DNA of 64,000 nt, from assembly GCA_964494985.1 (NCBI GenBank), contig CAZBUB010000008.1, forward strand, positions 520 to 64,519, read 5' to 3'. The notes under the pieces were generated by a model. The model did no database searches and was not told where the DNA came from. It worked only from the letters and a program-made list of their open reading frames with translations. This DNA is from an uncultured Desulfohalobiaceae bacterium. Its GTDB lineage: Bacteria > Desulfobacterota > Desulfovibrionia > Desulfovibrionales > Desulfothermaceae. Of the stretch, positions 39,192 through 48,262 are shown piece by piece. Position 1 is the stretch's first letter. Each line of letters begins with the position of its first letter. A program made the translations under genes and the position numbers.

Positions 39192-40127
39192 TTAGGGATA
39201 TATTAGGACCCAGGTATAACTAAGGCAGATGCAGCTCCAGCCCATCCAGGCAAACAGGGCGCAGCCAACAGGACTGAGCTTGTGGCGCATGGGGTTAGGG
39301 CTACGCAGAATCCGCAGGCCTAACCCCATGCTTGCAGTCAAGAAGATCAAAGCTGCAGCCGCCAGAATCTGTTCCAGGGTGCTTTGTATGAAGCTTGGCC
39401 AAGGTTTTAGTCTGAAAAAGATTAAAGCCCAGAAGGGCAGCTGCAGGATGAACAGCAGGGACCACCTGGCTGCCAGGTGCTGGGCGAAGCGATAGTAGTC
39501 CCGGCCGAAGTCCTCTTTTGTCCTGCGCAGCAGGAAATAGAGCATGGCTCCCAGGCCGCATGCTCCTAGGGCCAGGCAAAAAATCTGTGCCAGCAGGTTC
39601 CAGAAGAGAAAGGGCTGCTGGGGAAAAAAAAGCTGCTGCCAGGAAAGGCTGGCCGTTGTACCCAGTTCAGGCAGACTAAGAATCCGGAGTTTCAGGTTGA
39701 GACTGCTTAGCACAAAGAGCCAGAAGCCCAGGGAGCTCAACAGGGATAGAACCAGCCGCAGCCATTTGTGCTGCCTGCAAGCTTTCCAGCAAAATACCAG
39801 CAAGGCCAGGGTTGCTCCACCCCAGAGCAGGCCAGCCAAAGGTAAATACAAAACCTGTAGGTGTAAGTTCTGGGGCCAAAATTGCAAAGGCAGCTGCAGG
39901 AGGCAGGCAGCCAGGGCAAGGCAGAACAAGATATACAAAACCAGGCAGATCAGCCCCATTCTGCATATCTGCAGGGCAAAGTTATCCAGGAGCCTGAGTT
40001 TTTTGAGCCTGGCCTGAATCTGGCTTATGGCTGCAATCAAGGGTGCTGCGCAAAAGGCTCCTAGCAGTAGTCCTCCTAGGGCCAGCAAGGCGCAGGCAAT
40101 GGACAGACTGATAAATGTCCAGGACAT
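39192..40127 (-). CDS. hypothetical polytopic membrane protein
   Basis: 311 aa with about 8 hydrophobic segments, rich in Leu/Cys/Trp. I recognise no motif. Confidence 0.6.
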   Translation of the reverse strand: MSWTFISLSIACALLALGGLLLGAFCAAPLIAAISQIQARLKKLRLLDNFALQICRMGLICLVLYILFCLALAACLLQLPLQFWPQNLHLQVLYLPLAGLLWGGATLALLVFCWKACRQHKWLRLVLSLLSSLGFWLFVLSSLNLKLRILSLPELGTTASLSWQQLFFPQQPFLFWNLLAQIFCLALGACGLGAMLYFLLRRTKEDFGRDYYRFAQHLAARWSLLFILQLPFWALIFFRLKPWPSFIQSTLEQILAAAALIFLTASMGLGLRILRSPNPMRHKLSPVGCALFAWMGWSCICLSYTWVLIYP

Positions 40128-40329
40128 GGATGCTCCTTTATCTATGTTTCGGATCCTGGTTTTGCTGCATCGATCCGGCTCTTGCCTTCTGGGATTTAGT
40201 GCACCAAATTTGGCCTGATGACAAGTCTTGTTCCTTGATAGCTACTCAGGAAGCAGGGTTGATAAATGCCATATCCTGACGTAACTTGTTTTTACAGATT
40301 TTGAGCCTTATCCGAACAAGGAAGAACCC

Positions 40330-41013
40330 ATGTGGAGAGCAGTTTACTGGATAGGATTGATGTGTGTGCTGGCAGGCTGCGGCAAAACCCAAACAGAACT
40401 GGAGCTGCAGCACAGGATAAAACTCTTGGAACTGCAGGTGCAAGAGCTCCAGGAAAAGGACTCAGCAGACCAAAATGCCGGCCCCAAGGAACAGGGTCAG
40501 AAAAGGGAGTCTGAGTCCTTATTGGCACTCCAGGAAGCTCCTTTGGAACAACAAGGTCAGGGAAATAAAGCTTCTGGGCAAGCAGCCTCTGTCAGGGAAG
40601 AGCAGGAGGAGTTGTTAGCAGACGAGGAAGCCGAGGATCAGGCTGGAGAAGAATATAGGCAGGCCCTGGATGTCCTGCTCCAAGGAGATTCAAAACAGGC
40701 TCTAGGAATGTTTCAGGAATTCTTGCAAGTCTACGAAGGACATGAGCTGGCTCCGAATGCACACTACTGGTTAGGGGAATGTCATTATGTGCAGCAGGAC
40801 TTTGCAAAGGCGATTCTGGCCTTCAAGGAGGTCAGCAACCAATTTCCGGAAAGTAGCAAGGTGCCTGATGCTTTGCTCAAAATGGGGTATTCCTATCTGA
40901 ACTTAGGTCAAGACTCCAATGCCAGCTTCTATCTGGAAACCTTAAGAGAGCGCTATCCTGAAAGCAAGGCAGCGGAACTGGCCAGGGAAAAGCTTTCTGA
41001 GATAAGTTCCTGA
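40330..41013 (+). CDS. cpoB: CpoB/YbgF-like TPR protein, probable lipoprotein
   Basis: 227 aa. The signal peptide ends in an LAGC lipobox, followed by a coiled-coil/acidic linker and a C-terminal YbgF-type TPR (..HYWLGECHY..FPESSKVPDALLKMG..). Confidence 0.8.
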   Translation: MWRAVYWIGLMCVLAGCGKTQTELELQHRIKLLELQVQELQEKDSADQNAGPKEQGQKRESESLLALQEAPLEQQGQGNKASGQAASVREEQEELLADEEAEDQAGEEYRQALDVLLQGDSKQALGMFQEFLQVYEGHELAPNAHYWLGECHYVQQDFAKAILAFKEVSNQFPESSKVPDALLKMGYSYLNLGQDSNASFYLETLRERYPESKAAELAREKLSEISS

Positions 41014-41053
41014 AGTAGAACTACATTGCTCTATCCAAAGCCTGACTGGTGAA

Positions 41054-42196
41054 ATGTTAAGTGTTGCAGAGCAAGATCCTGGCTTCAAGGAAGAGTACTG
41101 GTCTTGTCTGGCCCTGAGCCATTGCCCAGGACTGGGCCTGCTGACCAGGCATAGATTGGTGCGCACCTATGGCTCGGCATACCTGGCGGTACAGAATCTG
41201 GCTAGGTGGAGGGAGCTGCCATTTATACGCAGACGCTGGGTGCGCAACTTTCAAGAAGATCTCTGGCGGGAAGGTGCCTGGAAGGAATGGGTGCAGTGTC
41301 AGCAACAGGGGCTCGGGGTGGTTTTGTACACCTCAAACCTGTATCCCGTCTGCTTGCGAGAAATATCTGATGCCCCTTTGTATCTCTACTTTCGCGGCAG
41401 AGCCCAGCTTTTGCAGAAGCCTTGTCTGGCGGTGGTAGGGGCTCGGAACTGCTCCAACCAAGCTGCCAAGCTGGCCTACCAGCTGAGCCTGGAGTTCTCC
41501 AGGGCTGGGCTCTGTGTGGTTTCAGGCTTTGCCCAAGGCATAGACAGCCTGGCCCATAAAGGTGGGCTGCAAGCTTCAGGGGGCTCTATAGCGGTTTTGG
41601 GCACAGGCTTGGACCAGAACTATCCTGCTGGCAATAGAAAGCTACAGCGCAGGATGGAGCAAGGGGGCCTGCTGCTTACAGAGTTTGCCCCTGGAACTCA
41701 GCCCGAGGCCCACAATTTCCCGCGCAGGAACAGGATCATCAGCGCCCTGGCTTTAGGGGTGCTTGTGGTGGAGGCTGCCAGCAAAAGCGGCAGTCTGATC
41801 ACAGCAAGTATGGCCCTGGAGCAGGGCAGGGAAGTCTTTGCAGTGCCTGGATTCCCTGAGCATCCCCTTTCTGAGGGCTGCAACATGCTTATCAAGCAGG
41901 GGGCAGTCTTGGTCAGAACCGCCCGGGATGTGTTTGAAGAGTTGGCTCCTGCATTGCGAAATGAGCTTGCTTCTGAGCATCAGGCTGCAGATGCGCAAGA
42001 CAGGAAGGAAAGAGAAGACCTGAGTCCAGAAGAGCAGGAGCTGGCCAAAATTTTGCAGAAAAGGCCCCAGGTACATATTGATATCCTGTCCTCGGAGCTG
42101 GGCTGGGAAAGCCAGAAAATAAGCAGAGTGCTGATGATGCTGGAGCTTAAGGGCGTGGTCAAGCAGCTTTCAGGTATGTACTATTCCTTGTGTTGA
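41054..42196 (+). CDS. dprA: DNA-processing protein DprA (Smf)
   Basis: 380 aa; Rossmann-like core ..AVVGARNCS..VVSGFAQGIDSLAH..FPRRNRIISAL.. plus a C-terminal wHTH. Confidence 0.9.
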   Translation: MLSVAEQDPGFKEEYWSCLALSHCPGLGLLTRHRLVRTYGSAYLAVQNLARWRELPFIRRRWVRNFQEDLWREGAWKEWVQCQQQGLGVVLYTSNLYPVCLREISDAPLYLYFRGRAQLLQKPCLAVVGARNCSNQAAKLAYQLSLEFSRAGLCVVSGFAQGIDSLAHKGGLQASGGSIAVLGTGLDQNYPAGNRKLQRRMEQGGLLLTEFAPGTQPEAHNFPRRNRIISALALGVLVVEAASKSGSLITASMALEQGREVFAVPGFPEHPLSEGCNMLIKQGAVLVRTARDVFEELAPALRNELASEHQAADAQDRKEREDLSPEEQELAKILQKRPQVHIDILSSELGWESQKISRVLMMLELKGVVKQLSGMYYSLC

Positions 42197-42254
42197 GCTG
42201 GGACAAGCTCACTGCAGCTAAAACGTATGCTGGAAGCAAGAATCCAGAATCTTA

Positions 42255-42605
42255 GTGAATAAGGTATGCGGCATGCAAAAAGTCTTGCTTAGTCAATGCA
42301 GGCCAGGCATGGTTTTGGCCAAGCCGGTGACCAAGGATAAGGGCATGGTTCTGGTAGCTCAGGGCACTGAGCTTACCCAGGGCATTCTCAGACGTCTGGA
42401 GGATATGGGCGTGCAGCAGGTGGTGGTGGAGGGCTCTCCTGTTGCCGAGGACCAGGGTGGTGCAGGTCTCCAGAAGAAGCTCCAAAGGCTGGATGCCATG
42501 TTTCGCAGGCACACCCAGGATACCTGGATGATGGAGGTCAAGGCCTTTTTGCAGGAATACTATCGGCTGAGCCTGTCAGAACAAGGCCCAGGACAGGAGG
42601 GTTGA
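42255..42605 (+). CDS. small hypothetical protein resembling the N-terminal DUF3391-type domain of HD-GYP proteins
   Basis: About 110 aa; ..GMVLAKPVTKDKGMVLVAQGTELTQGILRRLEDMGV... The start is probably ATG 42273. The family call is made by resemblance only. Confidence 0.5.
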   Translation: MNKVCGMQKVLLSQCRPGMVLAKPVTKDKGMVLVAQGTELTQGILRRLEDMGVQQVVVEGSPVAEDQGGAGLQKKLQRLDAMFRRHTQDTWMMEVKAFLQEYYRLSLSEQGPGQEG

Positions 42606-42608
42606 GGA

Positions 42609-43448
42609 ATGCAGGACTTGCGAACCGAGAATAAGGGTCAAATCCTGGCAGTGAAGGACTTGCCCACCTTGCCTAGGGTTCTGCAGGAGGTAAGCAGACT
42701 AGTAGAAGATGAGAGCTCTTCCCCGGAGCAGATAGCCAAGGTAATATCCAAAGATCAGGTCCTGTCTGCCAAGGTACTGAGAATGGTCAACTCTCCTATT
42801 TACGGATTCCCGCGCCGTATCAATACTGTCCAGCATGCCTTGGTTCTTCTGGGACTGAACGTTATCAAGGGGCTGATCATCAGTACCTCTGTGTTTGATG
42901 TTATGACCAAGAGCATGGTGGGTCTCTGGGAGCATAGTTTGGGCTGCGCCCTTTGCTGCAGCAGCTTGGCTTTTGAGGCAGGCTTTAAGGACCCTGAAGA
43001 GTATGCAGTTACCGGACTGTTGCACGATATAGGCAAAGTAGTGCTGGCGGTGCAGCTGCCCGAGGCCAAGGCAGAGATAGAGCAAAAGGTGGCAAATGAG
43101 GATTTGAGTTATCTGGAGGCGGAGAAAAAGGAATTGGGCTTTGGTCACGATCGGGTCAATGCTTGGCTGGCTGATTACTGGAATTTGCCTTTGAATATTA
43201 AAGAAGGTCTAGCCTATCATCATCGCCCCTTGTCTGCGCAATTCTATCCGAATATTGCCCATGTGGTGCATATAGGAGATTTTTTGGTCCGCACCCTGGA
43301 GATCGGCAACAGTGGTGATGATCAGGTGCCCTATTTACAGCCAGGCTCTCTGCAAGCCCTGGGGTTGGAGCTGCATTCCCTGAAGCGGGTTCTGGATCAG
43401 GTCAGCCAGGAGGTGGTGGATCTGGATTCCTTGGATTTTAGCTCCTAG
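42609..43448 (+). CDS. HDOD domain signalling protein
   Basis: 279 aa; ..LPTLPRVLQEV..IAKVISKDQVLSAKVLRMVNSPIYG..LLHDIGK.. fits the HDOD pattern. Confidence 0.85.
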   Translation: MQDLRTENKGQILAVKDLPTLPRVLQEVSRLVEDESSSPEQIAKVISKDQVLSAKVLRMVNSPIYGFPRRINTVQHALVLLGLNVIKGLIISTSVFDVMTKSMVGLWEHSLGCALCCSSLAFEAGFKDPEEYAVTGLLHDIGKVVLAVQLPEAKAEIEQKVANEDLSYLEAEKKELGFGHDRVNAWLADYWNLPLNIKEGLAYHHRPLSAQFYPNIAHVVHIGDFLVRTLEIGNSGDDQVPYLQPGSLQALGLELHSLKRVLDQVSQEVVDLDSLDFSS

Positions 43449-43533
43449 CGTACTCCTGCACTCATCTTGGACAGCCAGGGTAAGATGGATCGAGTGAGCT
43501 GGAGCCAATATTTTTTTCCCAGGCAGGAAAAGC

Positions 43534-44475
43534 ATGTTTGCAAATCGGGTACTGGATTTTTTTCTGGTCAGCCAGGATCAAGGCCTCAAGGACCTTATGG
43601 TCACTTTTTGGCAGCAAGAGGTGCATTGGAGTTTTTTTCGAAAAGGCAAAGAGGCCATAGAGGAGATCTACAGCTCTCCTCCTGATTTGCTTTTGGTAGA
43701 CGAGGTCTTGCAGGATATCAGGGGACTGGAGGTGGTCAGGCTCGTTAAGAGCGAAAATGTTTACCGCCAAGTGCCCACAGTAATCTGTTTGCAAAACAAG
43801 ATCCCTGTAGAGGTCTATAGCTCAGTACAGTTCGAGCTGGATGATTTTTTGCTAAGACCCATAAACTCGCAGGAGGCTCAGGCCAGATTGACCTTGGCCT
43901 GGTACAGATCTACCCGAGCCTTGGATGCCAACCCCTTGAGCAAGCTGCCAGGGAATACATCCATTATTCATCGAATTCAAGATCTCATCAATGCTAAGCA
44001 GGACTTTGCACTGGGCTATGTGGATCTGGATAACTTTAAGGCCTTTAATGACAAGTATGGTTTCTCCCGGGGAGATGAGGTATTGATGATGACTTCTAGG
44101 GTGATTGTGAACACCGTGCGGAGAATAGCAGACCTGCAGGGTTTTGTGGGGCATGTCGGTGGGGATGATTTTGTTTTTATTGTGCCTGTGCAGCAGGCGG
44201 AAGGGGTATGTAAACAGATAATCCAGAATTTCGAAAGCATAGTCCCTAATTTCTATGATCCTGAAGATAGAAGTCAAGGTTACATCAGCTCTGTGGACAG
44301 ACAAGGTCGAGAGTGCGAGTTTCCGTTTATGGCTGTCTCCATTGCTGTGGTCTACAACCTGAAAGGCAGCCTGACCCATTATGCCCAAGCCTCCCAAATC
44401 GCAAATAGCCTGAAGAAAAAAGCCAAACAGGACCCAGGAAGTAGCTATGTCTTGGACCGTAGAGGATCTACCTGA
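43534..44475 (+). CDS. response-regulator receiver + GGDEF-family domain (motif GGDDF)
   Basis: 313 aa; REC domain (..DLLLVDEVL..) followed by a GGDEF-like domain (..LPGN..VDLDNFKAFND..GHVGGDDFVF..). Confidence 0.82.
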   Translation: MFANRVLDFFLVSQDQGLKDLMVTFWQQEVHWSFFRKGKEAIEEIYSSPPDLLLVDEVLQDIRGLEVVRLVKSENVYRQVPTVICLQNKIPVEVYSSVQFELDDFLLRPINSQEAQARLTLAWYRSTRALDANPLSKLPGNTSIIHRIQDLINAKQDFALGYVDLDNFKAFNDKYGFSRGDEVLMMTSRVIVNTVRRIADLQGFVGHVGGDDFVFIVPVQQAEGVCKQIIQNFESIVPNFYDPEDRSQGYISSVDRQGRECEFPFMAVSIAVVYNLKGSLTHYAQASQIANSLKKKAKQDPGSSYVLDRRGST

Positions 44476-45370
44476 ACCTGCACAGGCATATCTGGCCTTT
44501 CTGGAGGTGCAAAAAGGTGCTTCCAGGGCCACTATTCAGGCCTATGCCCGGGATCTGCTCCAGCTGGAAGCCTATCTGCAAAGCCAAGGCGTGAGCCTGC
44601 AGCAGCCTGAAGGGGTGCAAAAAGAGCATGTACGCGGATACCTGGCAGGTTTGCACCTGCAAGGTCTGAACAAGAGCAGTGCAGCCCGCAAGCTGTCGGC
44701 CTTGAGAGGCTTTTTTAGACATCAGCAGAAAAAGGGTCTGCTGCAGGTGGATCCTGTCCATGGACTGCAAAATCCTAAGCAGGGCAAGCATCAGCCCAGG
44801 GTCTTAAATATGGACCAGGTACTTGCTCTGCTGCAGTCTGAAATAGAGCCCAGCCCAGTGGGCTTACGGGATCTGGCTTTGGCAGAGCTTTTGTATGGTT
44901 CTGGGTTGCGTATCAGCGAGGCCCTAGCCTTAGAAGTCCAGGATCTGGATCTGGCCCAAGGCTGGGTTAGGGTCATGGGCAAGGGGCGTAAACAAAGGCT
45001 GGTACCCCTGAGCCAGGCTTCTGTTCAGAGGTTGCAAGCCTATCTGCAGCAGCGTAGGTCTTTGGATCCCCAGGAACAAAACAGGGCCCTTTTCCTGGGG
45101 AAGAGGGGTAAACGCCTGCAGCGCAGGCAGGCCAACAGGATCCTAGAGGGCTTGGCCAGGATCGCTGGCCTGCCCCAGACAGTGGCACCACATGCTCTGC
45201 GGCATACTTTTGCCACCCATATGCTGGAAGCAGGGGCGGACCTCAGGGCTATTCAGGAGCTTTTGGGCCATTCCAGGCTTTCCACCACACAAAGATATAC
45301 CCACCTCAATCTGCGAGAACTGTTCGCAGCCTATGACCAGGCCCATCCTAGATCCAAGGACAAGGCTTGA
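44447..45370 (+). CDS. tyrosine recombinase XerC/XerD family
   Basis: 307 aa; ..LLYGSGLRISEAL.. and ..HALRHTFATHMLEAGADLRAIQELLGHSRLSTTQRYTH (R..HxxR..Y catalytic set). It overlaps the upstream gene by 29 nt. Confidence 0.9.
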   Translation: MSWTVEDLPEPAQAYLAFLEVQKGASRATIQAYARDLLQLEAYLQSQGVSLQQPEGVQKEHVRGYLAGLHLQGLNKSSAARKLSALRGFFRHQQKKGLLQVDPVHGLQNPKQGKHQPRVLNMDQVLALLQSEIEPSPVGLRDLALAELLYGSGLRISEALALEVQDLDLAQGWVRVMGKGRKQRLVPLSQASVQRLQAYLQQRRSLDPQEQNRALFLGKRGKRLQRRQANRILEGLARIAGLPQTVAPHALRHTFATHMLEAGADLRAIQELLGHSRLSTTQRYTHLNLRELFAAYDQAHPRSKDKA

Positions 45371-45669
45371 GGCAATACTGGTCATTAGAGTTGATTTAAC
45401 TAGCAAAATAGGTTAATTATATCTTAGTGTGAATGTCAGCCTGGCAGAAGTAAGCAGCCGGCCTGGATTTCAGCCCAGGTGTCAAAGACCTGCTCTCCTC
45501 GTATTTGAAGGACCATAAGCGGATTGCCCGCAGTCCCTGTTGATGTTCCAGATAATATTCCCTTTTGCCAGGGAATAATTGAGATGAAAAGCGTATTCTG
45601 TCCGTAAGTCCGGCTGCAGCCAAAAGGCCTGGCCTTCAAGGATGTTGCTGGATTGTATCTGATAGGCAT

Positions 45670-47403
45670 ATGATATCGAATTGGCAAGAAGCATTCAGCA
45701 TGACCCCAGAGGTGGCTTGGAAGGAGGGTGGAACTTCCATTTCCAGGCCCCTTAGTGTGAGTAATCTGCAAAGATTGAAGCGCTTCTTGGACTTTGTGCA
45801 GATCAAATTTTGCCTGGTACGTCCTTTCTTTGAGCAACAGGATTATCCTCTGGTCAATCCCCAAGAGCTTTTGCCCTCATTTGAGTCCAATCTGTACGAA
45901 TATGTGCATTTGCCTGGTTTTAGCATGGTCATCCTGGACAGACCCCTGGATTATTTTCAGGAGATATTCCAGTTTGATATCTTGCACTGTGTCGAAGATG
46001 CAGTAGGTATGTCCAATGGGCCTGTCACACCATTGGAATCAGCTATAGTTCACCAGAATCAACAGGTTTTTTTAAGCAGGCTGCCTAAGCTGTATCAAGA
46101 GGAATTCAGAAAGGAGTTTGGCAACGAGCGAATAACCGAGCTGCACAACTATTCTAGGCTTCTTTCTTTTTTGCTGCAAATGGACCGGGGGCATGTGCTG
46201 GCCAAGAATACTGCTGGAGATTTCTATCTCTCCGGGATATATGCCTCTTTTCCGTCAGATCTGGATTCTGAGCTCAAGAGGTTTGGCCTTAGAATCGGCA
46301 AATTCAAGCCCGAGGACAATGTACTCTATGAACTTAACAGGAACTTTGTTTACCAGTTTCTGATGGAGCTGTACGGATTTCCTATTGTTTCGGAGCGCAG
46401 GACCTCTGCAGCCCTTTTTGCCAGACGTTTGTTCAAGGGTGGTGAGGATTTCATGATTCGGGTTTTGGGCCAATCTGACAGGACCATCACCAGCCTTTAC
46501 TCCAGCCCGGAAAATAAAAAATACCCTAAGGTGGAAAAAGTTGCCCTGGTTTCTGTGGACAAGAGCCAAAAGGAACAATTGCGCTTTCTGGAAAAAAGGG
46601 GTTTTTTGCTGCAGGATGGAAAACAGGCGGTAATCCTGCGTGTGATTTATCGCCAGCATAAGTACGACCCTAATAATGTGCGCACTGACCGGGCGCTTTC
46701 AGTGGAAAAACAGGAGATAATCCATCCTTGGACAGGAGAGATCTGCAGTACAGTCAATATTATCAAGGATACCTCCTTGATGACTTATGTTTTAAACGAT
46801 ATTGTCAAGGGTGAATACTACGGCAGGATTAAGTACAAACGAAACGAGATAGTAGAAAACACAGATACCCATGCCAAGCGTCTCAAGTTCTTATATGCCT
46901 GGCTGAAAAAGCATCAGCGCAGGATAATTGGCTACTCGGACGAGTTCTATGAGCGGGTGGTCAAAGTCCTGGACAATTACCTCCATAATCCTGAGCTGTA
47001 TGGGGTTTTTCAGGATCTGCACGAACTCTACCAGGAGGTTTGGAGGCAGTACAGCTATATCCAGCAGGCCAGGAAAGTTAAGCAGTTAGAGGATCTAAGG
47101 CGCAGGCGGTTTAAAGGAAAGGATATCAATTACTTGGAGATGCTGCAATATGCTACCAGTATCATCAAAGAACTCAAGTTCGAGCTGGTGAAATACTTTG
47201 ATTCTCTGGTCACTCAGGCTGTATTCATCTGTGGAAAGATTTTGAATGATCGCTATCTGCTAGAAAGGTACATCCACAGGCCTGTGGACAGTCTAACCAG
47301 CTATGGCCAACAGGTACGTAAATACTATGGTCAGCTGGTTAAGCTCTTGGATGAGCTTCAGGATATCAGAAAAGCACGCAGCGAGGACAGGAAAAGGAAT
47401 TAG
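45670..47403 (+). CDS. hypothetical protein, 577 aa, no recognisable domain
   Basis: Long uninterrupted ORF with a protein-like composition and a helical, charged C-terminal third. The start is uncertain (ATG 45670 or 45700; neither has a clear SD). Confidence 0.65.
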   Translation: MISNWQEAFSMTPEVAWKEGGTSISRPLSVSNLQRLKRFLDFVQIKFCLVRPFFEQQDYPLVNPQELLPSFESNLYEYVHLPGFSMVILDRPLDYFQEIFQFDILHCVEDAVGMSNGPVTPLESAIVHQNQQVFLSRLPKLYQEEFRKEFGNERITELHNYSRLLSFLLQMDRGHVLAKNTAGDFYLSGIYASFPSDLDSELKRFGLRIGKFKPEDNVLYELNRNFVYQFLMELYGFPIVSERRTSAALFARRLFKGGEDFMIRVLGQSDRTITSLYSSPENKKYPKVEKVALVSVDKSQKEQLRFLEKRGFLLQDGKQAVILRVIYRQHKYDPNNVRTDRALSVEKQEIIHPWTGEICSTVNIIKDTSLMTYVLNDIVKGEYYGRIKYKRNEIVENTDTHAKRLKFLYAWLKKHQRRIIGYSDEFYERVVKVLDNYLHNPELYGVFQDLHELYQEVWRQYSYIQQARKVKQLEDLRRRRFKGKDINYLEMLQYATSIIKELKFELVKYFDSLVTQAVFICGKILNDRYLLERYIHRPVDSLTSYGQQVRKYYGQLVKLLDELQDIRKARSEDRKRN

Positions 47404-47591
47404 ACATCATACCGAGCAGGTGCAGCACGAGAAACCTCGAGGCCTCTCTCTGTCTTGGAACGGCTCTGCGCATGCTGGTTGATTATTTGGCTGTTGAATA
47501 CGCTAACAAGGATAATACTGCTTAGCCAAGCAGAGGCTTTAGTGCAGGAAGATAGCAGTTCAGACTTCAAAACAAAGGGGCAGGGCAAAGG

Positions 47592-48254
47592 ATGTTTTGC
47601 AGTAAATGTCATTATACCAGTTTTGATCAGTTGGAGAGCTGTCCAGCCTGTGGAAGCAGCTGGCAGCAGATTAAAAGCAAGTTGAATTTGGACTGGCTGG
47701 TTGGGAATTATCCTGTGCAACAGGGAGGCTATGACCCGGAGCTAGCCTTAAAGAGGGAACAGTCAGGGACAGATGACAAAACAGATCAGGATCTGTCAGG
47801 GGCTGCCCCAGGTTCTCTGGATGCTCCCCAGGAGCTGGAGCTGGAATTTACCTGGGAGGGTGAACAAAGGCCTTCTTATCAAGCCGAAGGCTCCAGTGCT
47901 GCCCAGGCTTCTGGCGGGCAGTCCGGAAAACTCGAACAAGGGGAGGATATCGCTTTCCCTGATTTAGAAGGCTTGTTTGAGACTGAGCAAAAAGCCGGTT
48001 TGCCAGAACAAGGAGAACAAGATCTAGGCCAGGAGCCCAGATATGTTCAGCAGGAGGCTCAGGCTTTGGCTCAAAAAGAAGAACAGCCTGGTCGGTTGCG
48101 GCGTAGCAACAACAAACAGGATGGGGGGGTGAATTTTTTTGAGGAACAAGACGGGCTGGATTTCGAGCTGGAACCAGAAGGAGAAGAGGTGGATATTTCA
48201 GCCCTTTTTGATGAGTTGGAGTCTGATCTCGATTCTAGACGCAAAAAAGGATAA
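47592..48254 (+). CDS. hypothetical zinc-ribbon protein with a long acidic low-complexity tail
   Basis: MFCSKCHYTSFDQLESCPACG (CxxC-x12-CxxC) is followed by a D/E/Q/G-rich tail. GGGGCAGGG lies upstream of the ATG. The stop is 8 nt before rarA. Confidence 0.65.
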   Translation: MFCSKCHYTSFDQLESCPACGSSWQQIKSKLNLDWLVGNYPVQQGGYDPELALKREQSGTDDKTDQDLSGAAPGSLDAPQELELEFTWEGEQRPSYQAEGSSAAQASGGQSGKLEQGEDIAFPDLEGLFETEQKAGLPEQGEQDLGQEPRYVQQEAQALAQKEEQPGRLRRSNNKQDGGVNFFEEQDGLDFELEPEGEEVDISALFDELESDLDSRRKKG

Positions 48255-48262
48255 GATATTTT

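Noticed and set aside
44447-45370. The tyrosine recombinase as an integrase marking a mobile island that carries the orphan gene.
   Set aside because: The sequence is XerC/XerD-like throughout, with typical size and N-terminal core-binding domain. I could see no tRNA, flanking direct repeats, or other mobile-element genes. The lower G+C of the orphan gene alone is not sufficient.
45436-45864. A 142-aa minus-strand ORF upstream of and overlapping the orphan 577-aa gene.
   Set aside because: It overlaps the start of the much longer + strand ORF, and has no SD or recognisable features. It is probably spurious.
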